Notes under the pieces: generated by a model
Told to the model about the DNA's origin: nothing
Databases searched by the model: none
The model's input: the letters and a program-made list of their open reading frames with translations, nothing else
Source: Antechinus flavipes
Taxonomy: Eukaryota
Direction: 5' to 3'
Length of the DNA stretch: 64,000 bases
NCBI RefSeq assembly: GCF_016432865.1
Contig: NC_067402.1
Location: forward strand, 111,042,001-111,106,000
Made by a program: the position numbers and the translations under genes
In this document: positions 37,943 through 49,640 of the stretch, piece by piece
How the letters are laid out: each line of letters begins with the position of its first letter
Position numbering within the stretch: position 1 is the stretch's first letter

Positions 37943-38845
37943 AGCAATTCTCAACTCTTTGGTTTTAGGACTCCTTTATAATCTTAAAAATTATTGAGCC
38001 CCTTTGTGGGAAAATTGAGATGTGTTATTGGTGGAACGGTGAACTGACTCAACCATTCTATAGAGCAATTGGGAACTGTGCTTAAAAGGGCTATAAAACC
38101 ATGTGTATACTTTGACCCAGCAATGCTATTACTAGGTCAATATCCCAAAGAGATTAGAAAACAAAAGGAAAAGAACCTAGACGTACAAAAATATTTATAG
38201 CAGCTCTTTTCTGGTGGCAAAGAACTGGAAATTTAGAGGCTACCCATTAAATGGGGAATGGCTGAACAATTTGTGACATCGGATTGTGATGAGATATCTT
38301 TGTGCTATAAGAAATGATGAGTGAGATGCTCTCAGAAAAACCTATATGAACTACATGAAAAACTTACATGAACTGATGCATAAGGGAGTGAGCAAAACCA
38401 GAACACTGGACATAGTAAGAGCAACATTGTACTACGATCAATTGTGAATGACTTAGCTATTCTCAGCAATACAATGATAAAAGATAGCTCTGAAGACTTA
38501 TGGTGAAAAAGGCTTATCATCCCCAGAGAAGGGCAGATGGAGTCTGAATGCAGATTGAAGCATACTTTTTTTTAAACTGTATTTTCTTGGGGGTTTTTTG
38601 TCTATGTTTTTTTCACAACATAACTAATATGGAAATAAGTTTTGCGTACCTGCACAGGTATAACCTGTATCAAATTGCTTGCCTTCTCATTGGAGGCATG
38701 GGGAGGGACAGAATTTAAAATTCAAAATTAAAAAAAAGAATGTTAAATTTTTTTTTACATATAATTGGTGGAAAATGAAATACTAAATAAACATTTTAAA
38801 TTATTAAGCCTCCAAAGAACTTTTATTTATGTGGATTATATTGGA
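37943..38845. mobile_element. hAT-Charlie MITE (same family as 16167) interrupted by a plus-strand L1 fragment (38001-38797)
   Basis: MITE text ...ctttataatcttaaaaattattgagcc | tccaaagaactttt atttatgtggattata is split by L1 ORF2-end/3' UTR sequence. TSD aaattatt(g/a)agcc at 37988-38000 and 38798-38810. Confidence 0.8.
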
Positions 38846-39399
38846 AGCTAAAGATTCTACAATATATAAGGAGAGAGAGAGAGCATTGCAGGTATGAGAG
38901 ATACCCTTTGCCACAGCACTATTGATTGAATAGTTCTCTGCAGCTAAAGACTCAAAGTTGGAAGAGGCCTTGGGGCCCCTTGGAGGAGGGACTGATCTTC
39001 TCCTTTCACAACTTCTGTTGCTGCTGCAGCTGCTCCTGCCTCTATCACTATCATTACTATTGCTAATACTTATTTCAGCTGCCTATAATGAAAAGAATGC
39101 TAGGCTTGGAGTAGAAGAATTGTTTGATTCTGGTCTCTACGCCTGCTGTGCTCTGGGTAAGTTGCATGCTTTCTGGACCAGTTGCCTCTCTCATTGCTAG
39201 TGCTTTCCTCTGAGCATAGCTCCTATTTTCCTTCTCTCTGACTGATTATTGTATTTATGTATACATGTACATATTTATATATGTATATGTATGTATATGC
39301 ATACACATATACATACACTTTCCAACTTAACATCATATGGACATCTTGAACTTAAGATGTCCAAAGCAAAATTCATTTTCTTAAAAATTATTAACTTGA

Positions 39400-39546
39400 G
39401 GTGCAGCTAGATAGTGCAGTGGATAGAGCACCAGCCCTCAAGTCAGAAGGACCTGAGTTCAAATCTGGCCTCAGACACTTAACACGTTCTAGTTGTGTGA
39501 CTCTGGGCAAGTCACTTAACCCCAATTTCCTCAGCCAAAAAAAAAG
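39400..39546 (+). mobile_element. WSINE1-like SINE with TSD
   Basis: 13-bp TSD attattaacttga at 39387-39399 and 39547-39559. Confidence 0.9.
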
Positions 39547-39904
39547 ATTATTAACTTGATTATCCATTTCTCTAAGTTCTCTGTTTCCACTGAGGGTACA
39601 GCCATCTTTCCAGTAACTTAAACTCACAATCTTGGAGTCAGTCCTTGACTCTTCCCTGTCACTCATCCCTTTTCTTCAATCAGCTATCAAATTTTGCTGG
39701 TTGTATTTCTACAATGTCTCTCACATTTATCACCTTATTGGTCACTGCCTTCATTCTGACCTTCTTCACTTTTTACCTGAATTATTTCAATGATTCCCTC
39801 ATTGGTCTCTCTGTTTTGTTTCTCTTTTTTCTCTAACCCATATTCTCTGGGGCAGCCAAAATGCTCAGCTCTCAGTCAATTACTCCCTTTCTCAAGAAGT
39901 TCCT

Positions 39905-40710
39905 TTTGTACTGGGACATTAATAATTGGTGGAGTTGTGGACTGATCCAACCATTCTGGAGAACAATTTGGAACTATGCCCAAGGGACTATCAAACTGTC
40001 CACACCCTTTGATCCAGCAATATCTCTACTGGGCTTGTATCCCAAAGAGATCATAAAAAAGGGAAAAGGACGTATGTGTACAAAAATATTTATGGCAGCC
40101 CTTTTTGTAGTGGCAAGTACCTGGAAACTGAGTGGATGCTCATCAGTTGGAGAATGGCTGAATAAGTTATGGTCTATGAATGTTATGGAATATTATTGTT
40201 CTACATGAAATAGTTAACAGGATGATTTCAGAGAGGCCAAGAGAGACATGAATTGATGCTAAGTGAACTTAGTAGAACCAGGAGAAAATTGTACACAGCA
40301 ACATTATACAATGATCAGTTCTGAGGGATGTGTCTCTTTTCAATAGTGAGATGATTCAGGCCAGTTCCAAAGGTCTTGTGATGGAGAGGGCCATCTGCAC
40401 CTAGAGAAAGAACTGTAGTGATTGAGTGTAGCTCACAATGTACTATTTCCACTTTTTTGTTGTTGTTGTTTGCTTACTTTTTGTTTTCTTTCTCATTTTT
40501 CCCCCTTTTGGTCTAGCTTTTCTAGTGCAACATGATAATTGTGGAAATATATATGGAAAAATTGCATGTTTAACATATATTGGATTATTTGCCATTTAGG
40601 AAATGGGGTGGGGAGGAAAAGGAGGGGAAAATTGGAACACAAGGTTTTGCAAGGGTGAATGTTGAAAATTATGCATATGTTTCGAAAATAAAAAGCTTTA
40701 ATAAAAAAAG
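39905..40710 (+). mobile_element. L1 ORF2 C-terminus and 3' UTR, 5'-truncated
   Basis: Translation includes PFDPAISLLGLYPKEI...CTKIFMAALFVVA...WLNKLW (L1 ORF2 C-terminal motif); ends aaataaaaagctttaataaaaaaa. Confidence 0.9.
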
Positions 40711-43700
40711 AGTGAACCCAGAATTTGTTCCCTTTTGCCTCTAGGATAAAATAGAAATTCTGTTTAGCATTTAAAATCTTTCACAAAATGAATACAATCT
40801 ATCTTTCCAGGCTTATTAAACATCATCCCCCTACATTCCAGTCAAAATGACCTATTTGCTGATCTTGCTGCTTTATATTCCATTTTCCATCTCCACACTT
40901 TGTACATGTTCTCCAGTATCTGGAATGCTCTGGCTCCTCATCTCTGCTTCCTTCAATTCATCTCTGCTTCCTTCAAGGCAAGATTCAGATACTACCAGGT
41001 CCTATATGAAGCTTCTCATGATAACCTCTCCTGCCAGTAACTCCCTCTAAAATTACTCTGTATTTTTCCTGTCCATACTTATACTTTCCATTTATGGCTG
41101 CCCTGGCTTCCTTCCAACCCCACTTTCTACAATGAGCCTTTTCCAACCCCTCTTACTTCTAATGCCTTTTTTTCTCCTGTTTCCTATTTATCTCATATAA
41201 AGCTTGTTTGTATGTAGTTATTTTCAGTTGAGATCTCCTCCAGAGTTGAGAGAGTCTTATATCTCTCTTTGTAACCTCAGCATTTAGCACATAGTAGGCA
41301 CTTAATAATTGTCTGTTGACTGACTAACATCATCTCATATGTTGTTTCTTCCCATAGAATACAAATTCCTTGAGGGCAGGGATGCCCTCAATTTTTGAAT
41401 TGAGTCCTCAGTGCTCAGCATAATTCTTGGTCATTAAGTAGCAAGCACTTAATAAATGCTTTTTGATTGATTTATTTAATCTACAGAGCTCCAACAGTAT
41501 GCTTCATTGTGGCTGTTCTGACATTAACTCCCTAGCTTGGACTAATGGAAATTGAAGATTTCCTTGAGATCAAATCCAATTCTATTATGTTGTATTTGTA
41601 TGATGCTGAGAAAGTCACTTTGTCTCATTTTCTTCAGCTATAAAATAGTAGGTGATATTGTATCTTCAGTTCCTTCTAAGCTCTAAATCCCAGGCTCCTA
41701 CAAAGAGGCAGTATGATAGAATAGAAAGGACGCTGGATTTGGTTCAGATCTTGGTTCTGAAGCATCTGATCTATGTGACCGCTGTAGGCCTCAGTTTCCT
41801 GACCTGTAAAATGAGGGTACTGGGCTGGATGACCTCTCAGATCTCTTCCCACTCTAAATATATGCTTATCAATTCAGCACATCTAAAACAAAACTAATCA
41901 TTTTCCTCCCTGCACTGGCTCTCCCTCCTACCTCCTTATTTCCGTTAATGGCACCATCGCCTTTATTGTGCTTCATGGCAATTAGGAATAAATGGTAAGC
42001 TGTTTAAGTAAATGACTGTAATTACTATTACTTTTACATAGCCAAATCAAGCATTTCTGGGGTTAGCTAGAGAAGAGGAGGAGGGAGAGAGAAGGGGTTC
42101 TGGGCAAAACAAGATATTATTCTCAAGGTCCTTGGATCCTTAAAACAGGGAGATTTGGGTATCAGAGCTCTCTATTTCTCCAGTCCACTGTATTCGCAAT
42201 CCAAGCTTTGGGAAGGAGAGGCAGGTTGGACACTGTGCTTTGACAGCCTGATTGTCTAAAGACCTCATGCCCTCTACTTTTCTGAGCTAGGAATCATCTT
42301 CTTTCTAGTCCCTGTTCAAGGAGCCAAGATCAGAATAATGGGGGATGGGACTTTGGACCTTGGAAGAAGGGGAAATAGTCTCTTTTGCTCCGTCTGGCTG
42401 GAAGACATAAACTCTCCCTTCTCCTCCCTTCACTCTCCACCATTATTTCTTAGCTCCCCTGATTATAATATGAATGCAGGGACATTCTTGGAGGCTTCAA
42501 AACATGCTTCTATTCTCTTATTAGGTTTCACAAATAAGGATGGGTAAACACACATGTACAAATAGAAGAAAAAGTAATTTCTAGTTCGTTGTCAGCTCCT
42601 ATATTTGATGAGACCTTGAGCAGCTGTTAGCTCCTCATGGCAGGGGTTAGTACACATGCCGTAGACTTCTCTTCCAACTCTTGTAGCTATCCATAGAACT
42701 GATCTTCTTGGGCAGAAGAGTAAAAAAGAACAGTATCTTTTCCCAAGAATCATTGAATTCTACATCTACCTGTTTTTGTCACTAATTACCCATGTGTTGA
42801 AAGACAAGAGAGGAGGGCAAAGAAAGAAATAAGCATCTATAAAGTGCTTATAATGTTCCAGGCACTGTACTAGGTGTTTTTTTTTTTTTTTAACAAATAT
42901 TTTCTCATTTTATCCTCCCAATAACTTTGGGAAATAGGTGCTATTATTAGCACCATTTTTATAAATGAGGAAATTAAGGCAAAGAGATTGTGATTTGCCT
43001 AGGATTACCCAGTGTCTGAGGCCAAATTTGAATTTACCTCCTGACTCCACGCCCATTGCTCTATTCATTGCACCATGATGTTTCCATTTTCCTCATCTAT
43101 AAAATGGGAATTAATGAAAACTAGAAATATTTTTGGAGCACATTTATTAACTGCAAAATGATTCCTCATAAACAGAACCTCACAATAAGCCAGTGAGGTA
43201 GGTGCTGCTATTATTCTCATTTTTGAAAAAAGATGAAAACTGAGATTCAGAGAGATTACCTCTTCCTCAAAGTCACACAGCTAGTTAGAATCTGAGGGAG
43301 AATTCAAATCCAGATCTTCTTGACTTTTGGTCTGATGTACTATTTGCAACTACTGTGCCCAGTTGTTTTGAGAATAAAATGTGATTAATATACATGACAG
43401 TGTTTTGAAAGTTAAATGCTACTCATATTAGGTATTGGATTAACATTTTATTCTCAAAGTGTTTGCTTGTCCCATCATGGAAAAAATAAGGAAAAAAATA
43501 ACACAATTAAAAAAAGTTAAAACAAGTTATTTACAATTGCCTCCAGTGCCAAGCAAAACAAGAAAAGTTATAGTTTTTCATGACTTATAGAGTCAGTGTA
43601 GCAGAATAGACAGAGAGCTGACCCTGAAGGCAAAAACTTAGGTTGAAATTCTAATTCCATTATTTCCTAGCTCTATGATTATGGATAAAGAAACCAATGG

Positions 43701-45299
43701 TCCCAAACTTCAGGTAATGCTTTAAGACTAGGAGTTATAAACAAGTTGGTCTCAGTACTAGGTTTACTTTTTCCTGGCACAAAATAAATGCTTAATAAAG
43801 ACTAGCAGATTTATTGATCAGGATAGTTCATCCTTATATGGATAAAATCATCATTTCTAAAGATATTTGAAGCACATAAAATTGAACAAAGCTCCTTGGT
43901 CCTTCTGGTTACTCCATGTGCTTAGTGGTGAAAGACTTGATAGCAATCCCTGGTCCCCAAGAGGAGGAGACTGAATAAAACCCTGCTGAGCCAAAAAGAG
44001 TGGCCCCTTCCATTGACTCTATCTTCTGGTACTCTCTCATATATGGGGACTCTTTGAGACTCCTTAGAACTTTTTTTGTCCTGGTGGCTGTAACATATAG
44101 CTGTATAACTGGTGTATTTTCTGTCTAGGCAAGTCTGAGCCTGGACCTTGGGCCCTTGGTTATTCCTTCTGCTTTGTGTCACTTTTTCTGCTCATAGATA
44201 ACTGAACAATGACTCTGAAATGGATATCTCTAGCCTTAGAGACACCCTTGTGAGTTTGAGAATTTGGTACCTTCCTTAGAGTGGATTGGCAGCAGCTTTT
44301 TTCTGTATTTACATCCTTCTCAGAGAAGATGATGACCAATTAGAAGATGAACCCATCTTGTTGTTGTTGTTGTTTGGAGCTGTCCAGACAATGAATAGGC
44401 AAAGTGAAGGTGAACCTGCTGTGCAATAGTCCCATAAAACTATTACGTATTTTTATGCTTTAAGTATCAACCTTTTGAGAGAGCATAATAGAAGTTATTG
44501 GGCTATTGTTTCATGTTTTAAGTTTTTGTCAATGCACAATTATGAGCCTTTTGTGTATTAAGTATCTCTTTTTATGGAGGAAATAAAAGGTTGTATTTTA
44601 TCTACTTCATAGTGCACATTGAGTATCTTTCTGTTTCATTTCTGGGAGACCTTAGACATTAATCAGCCTACTATTTCTTTAAATGATTTTATCCCAGATG
44701 TAAAGAATGGGAGAGTTTGAGCAAGGGATAGCCCCCTCTCTCTCTCTTTTTTTTTTTTGAGGCCAGACTCACTGCAGGCTTATATCTGGCCTATATGATC
44801 CCTGGATAAGAGGTCCCTCAGTGGGAGTTGATAACTAACAGACTCCTAGACCAGCACCTGTCTGTTACTATATGTTGATAGAATGGTGGAAGATGCGAAC
44901 TACTAGCTGAAACTCAACTAAGTTTCAAAGGCATAATTATCCCATCATTGAACTGATTCAAACTTCCTTGAACATTGAAAGTAAGAAGGAACAAACATCT
45001 ACAGATGGAAAGGTCCTCTGGTCCCAATTTGTCATTTTACAGATGAGGAAACTGAGGCCCAGGAGGTTGTGACTTGCCCAACATCACATAGGTAGTAAGC
45101 TTCAAAGGTAGGATATAAAACTAGGTTTGTTCATTGTACTTTCCATTCTCCTTAGAAAGATATTATCAAAGAAATAAGTCATTTGTTTATATTTGAAATA
45201 GACTTTCCTCTTCATTTCAGCCTCAGTTTTAGCCTCATAGTCAAAACATACAAGGTATGGTTTTTCCTCAAGGTTGACACATGCAATTAGAATAACAAT

Positions 45300-45960
45300 A
45301 GCTTGTTTATATAATCTTTAAAAGATTTACAAAGATTGTCTAGCAAATATTTTTTCCCCAAGTCATGGATTTACAAGTTTTAACACCTTTGATCTGTATT
45401 CAGTTTCCATAATTCTTTCTCTGGATATGGATGGCATTTTGAATCACAAGTGTTTTTAAAAATAGCTTTTTATTTTTCCAAATATACACAGATAGTTTTT
45501 TTTAACATCCACCTTTGCAAAACCCTGTGAATCACAAGTATCTTGAAATTGTCTTGTATTTCTGAGAAGAGCTAAGTCTATCATAGCTGATCATCATATA
45601 ATGTTGTTACACTGTACACTGTTCTCTTGGCTCTGCTCATTTCACTCAGCATCAGTTCATGATAAGTCTTTGCATTCATATACAAGTCTTTATATTTATA
45701 TACAACGATTTGTTCAGCCATTCCCCAATTGATGGATATCCTCTCAATTTCTAGTTCTTTAACACTACAAAAAAGTGTGTTACAAACATTTTTGCACATG
45801 TAGATCCTTCCCCCTTTTTTTATTATCTCTTTAGAATACAGATCCAGTTGTGGCACTGCTGGATCAAAGGGTATGCACAGTTTTATAGCCTTTTGGGCGT
45901 ATTTCCAAATTGCTCTCCAGAATAGTTGGATCAGTTCATAACTCCACTGACAGTGCTTTA
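45300..45960 (-). mobile_element. L1 fragment with a nested 76-bp younger L1 end (45452-45527)
   Basis: Minus-strand ORF shows AIKLCIPFDPAVPQLDLYSKEI. The nested piece is bounded by TSD tgaatcacaagt (45440-45451 and 45528-45539). Confidence 0.85.
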
Positions 45961-46984
45961 TTGTCGCCAGAAGTATTATCAATTTCTTTTTTCTTCTAAA
46001 CCATAGCAGATTAAAAAGATGGATTTATCTTCTGGGAGTAAACATTCTCCTGTGATACAGAGTCAGTGGGATGTGTCTATATAAGTGACAGAATGTAAAA
46101 AAGCACAGCTTGGAAATTCATCCCATCATTATTTCATTATATGCTTCCCTGCAAAAATCTACATTTTGTTTTTTCCCAATAGCAGTCTGTCTCTGCTTTT
46201 CTTCTATGTTACTCCAGGGCCATTCTCCCACGGTCTGACTTGTCCTTGGATTTTGCCTTAAATCTCCAGCCATTGATATTTTTCCTTTCCCTTTGTGAAG
46301 ACGATACTCTAGCCAATAATTTATCCCTTCAACAAGGCCCTGGTCAATACAAGCAGCTGGGCTCAGCTGTCAGTTTCATGCTGCTTTATCCTTTGGTGGG
46401 TTGGAGATTTCTTTGGAACGCTCAGAGAAAGACTTCTCCTCTCTGGCTGCCTCATATCTTTGCCCCTTCTTACTGCCCTCCTGCCAGCCATGGTGACCTC
46501 ATTAAGAAGGTTGCCTGAAATTCTCCCTACCTGGGTCCCAAACCCAGCCCCCAAAGCCACTGGGAAATCATCTCTTGCTCTTACTTAATGTGCATCAGCT
46601 AGGCTGACATAAAAAGTTTTGCTGGACTGGGCAGATGCTGAGTCTGCAACTTGCTGTGGGACAAGTTCCACAAAGCAGCTTTCCTTACTGGTCTTGAAAT
46701 CAACTTGCCTGTGTAGTCTAAGAGTGAGGAAATGGGGTTCCCTAGGAAAGTAGGCTCTTTACTCAAGTCCAGATACATTGAACAGATAATTCATAGAAAC
46801 ACAGGGTTTGGAGCAGGAAAGGACCTAGGAAACTAAATACAACTTTATCATATTACAGCTGGGAAAAATGAGGTCCATATAGGTGCTTTGATTTGACTTG
46901 TCAACTAATTTGCTAAATAAAAACATTAGAATCAGAGCAATAACAAGGGTAATATAACTAGCATTTTATGTGAGATACTAAAAT

Positions 46985-47420
46985 GTAGAGGATTCTGTCA
47001 GCAGAACCCCTTTTAAAAAATTAGAAAAAGTCTAATATTTTCCCCCAGTTACATGTAAAATAATTTTAAACATCTGTGTTTAAATCTTATAATTTCAGAT
47101 TCTCTTCCTTCCTCCTCATCCCCCTCACTGCATTAAGGCATATATGCAAAACATTTTTAATAAGTCATGCTGTGAAAGAAAACATAGACACTGCCCCCCC
47201 ACAAAAAAAATCTCAAGAAAAATAAGTTTAGGAAAAGTGTGCTTTAAGTCCTGAAGTCAGGAAGATCTGAATTCAAATCTGGCCTCAGATGCTTAACACT
47301 TTCTGGCTGTGTGGCCCTGGGCAAGTCACTTAACCCCAATTGCCTCAAATAAAAAAGAAAAAGAAAAAGTATGCTTTAATCTTTATTCAGACAAAATCAG
47401 TTCTTTATTTGGATATGGAT
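46985..47420 (-). mobile_element. Older marsupial L1 3' fragment with nested 5'-truncated WSINE1-like SINE (47248-47364)
   Basis: tcccccagttacatgtaaaataattt (same end type as 12805). SINE TSD aaaagt(g/a)tgctttaa at 47233-47247 and 47365-47379. Confidence 0.85.
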
Positions 47421-48399
47421 AGCAGTAGCAAGTATTCCTTTGTCAGGTTAAAACAACTGTGTAAGATAAACTAGTTAAAATAGGAAACTACTCAGTGTTG
47501 AGGTTTCTTCCCTGTACTCTTAGCAGGGTCTTTCCCAGCTTCCCCCCCACCCTTTTTTTGCAACAACAGGAGTCCATATTCTAGAACCTTTGTCTACCCC
47601 CAAGGGGCCTCTACCTCCCCCACTCTCCAGAACCTTATACTTTGAGGTTTAAGGTATATTTTCTGTGATCTCTTCATTATTTTTCTCCTTTCCCACCTTC
47701 TGTATGGCTCTCAATTGCAGTTTGTGCTTCTTTTGCTCCAGGTGCCAGAATTGCTAGTTATTGTTATGGCTAGCATTAAAACTGGGTTCTTTTGACCCCA
47801 AAGTCAGAGTTCTATCCACTCACTAACTCTTTTTCACACAAGGATTCCATTGCAGGATTTAAGCTGAAAACACTAGTCAGGCTACAAGATAAAATTGACA
47901 GGGTACCATCCTTAATTAGCAATGAGTGAGGGAAGTCAGGATTGCAGTCACTGGAAATGACTAATCAGATTATGGATATTTCAGTGTGGAGGTCTCCAAA
48001 TGTAGGTGAAATTTTGCTATGCTATATAGTTTTTAGCTGAAAAATGGGAGCAGGTATAATGGGGAGGGAACCTTCTGTCAGTTGATGACCCTTCTTATCT
48101 CATTTTACTAGTGGCACTCATTTATGCCCCCAATTTTAGGTTTCCTTGTGTATCATCCCTTGTCTCTAGCAGTCTTTCTACCTCTGCAGAGACTAGAGAA
48201 TATTAAGGAATTAGCTATTCAAATAGACAGGTTCTAACTATGCTTATTATTCCAAGGCTGATAAGCTCTTTGAAGGGAAGAGAATTAGAACCCAGGCTTT
48301 GGACAGCGCCACATAGATCAGGAGATGCCATTCTGGTAGCGAATATTAGAGAGAAGTGGGCTAGACAATTGCATAATTAGGTCAATTTGAAACTGAATG

Positions 48400-49640
48400 A
48401 ACTCAAAGAAAAGTAATAATGGTTCAATGTCAACCTGGAAGGATGACTCCAGGGATTTTTGCTTGGATCTAAGTCATTTAACATTTTAATACATAATTTG
48501 AATGAATGCATATATGGACTACTTATTAAATCTGTAGATGCTTGAAATTATGAGGGATAGCTAATATATTCAAATTGGGATTCAGAAAAATGGTTTAGAA
48601 TCTTGGGCAAAATCTAATAAGGTTACATTTAATAGGGGGTAAAAGTGAATTCTTAACACCTGGATTCTAAAAATGAGCTTCATAAGTTTAAGGTGAGAGA
48701 GGCTGAGCTAGGTAGCAGTTCCCCTGAAAAACATCTGAGGATTGTAGTGGACTTCAAGTTCACTATGTTTTTATAGTGAGACATGAAAGCCAAGCCAATT
48801 AAATGAAGTTTTAGGCTATGTTAAAGTAGGCCTTACATATAGGATTTCTCCTCTTTTCAAATTTTAATTTTTTTAGATTATACATGTACATTAATTTTTT
48901 ACAAATTTCCATAGGAGTCATGTTGGGAGAAAAAAATCAGAACAAAAGAGAAAAACCACAAGACAGAAAAAAAAAAACAGAAGAAAAAAAGATAAAAACA
49001 GAATGATTCAATCTGCATTCAGTCTTCACAGTTCTCTCTCTGGATGTGGATACCATTTTCCATCCAAAGTTTATTGAAATTGCCTTGGATCACTCAATTG
49101 CTGAGAAGAGCTAAGTCTATCATTGGTGATCACCACATAGTTTTGCTGTTGCTGTGTACAATGTTTTCTCAGTTCTGCTTGATTCATTCAGCATCAGCTC
49201 AAGTAAGTTGGAAAGTCTTTTCTGAAATCAGCCTCACATATAGGATTAAGGAAGAAACTGTACTACAGTACTCTGCCCAGAGCGAGTGTCAGATTTGGGG
49301 GAAGATATTATTACTAAGTTGGAAAGCAAGCAAGGGAGGTTGGTCAGGATGGTGAGGGGCTCCAAGTTCATGCTGTCATGGCAAAGGAATTGCACCTGTT
49401 CTTAGAGGAATCTGGAAGCAATGGATGGGAATTTCAAAAGGATCCACTTATAACTTAGCATAAGGAGAAACTTCCTAACAAACTACCCTATCCAGAAGTG
49501 ATATGGATTACTTTAGAAATGAAGTCTCCTTCATTGAAGGTTTTGAAGCAGTCTGGATGCCCACTTTTTGGGCATGCTGTAGACAGAATTTTTGTTCAGG
49601 AATAGGTTAAGACTAAATGACCTCTGAGGTTCCATCGATT
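48400..49640 (+). mobile_element. CR1/L3 fragment split by a minus-strand L1 3' end (about 48860-49225)
   Basis: atttaacattttaatacataatttg...attaaatctgtagatg...gattgtagtggacttcaag; L1 text ttggatcactcaattgctgagaagagctaagtc; CR1 resumes ggtcaggatggtgagggg...ttgaaggttttgaagcagtctggatgcccac. Confidence 0.7.

Larger units (their letters stand above)
39320..41100 (+). mobile_element. L2 fragment interrupted by a SINE (39400-39546) and an L1 (about 39905-40710)
   Basis: cttgaacttaagatgtccaaagcaaaattc...cttggagtcagtccttgactcttccc...cattggtctctc; resumes after 40720 (aggataaaatagaaattc...ctggaatgctc). Confidence 0.7.

Noticed and set aside
39861-40208. 115-aa ORF with protein-like composition (also 45581-45982)
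   Set aside because: Decayed L1 ORF2 C-terminus, not a host gene.
46217-46518. About 100 open codons after an acceptor-like ctccag
   Set aside because: No recognisable domain, no convincing donor and no CpG retention.
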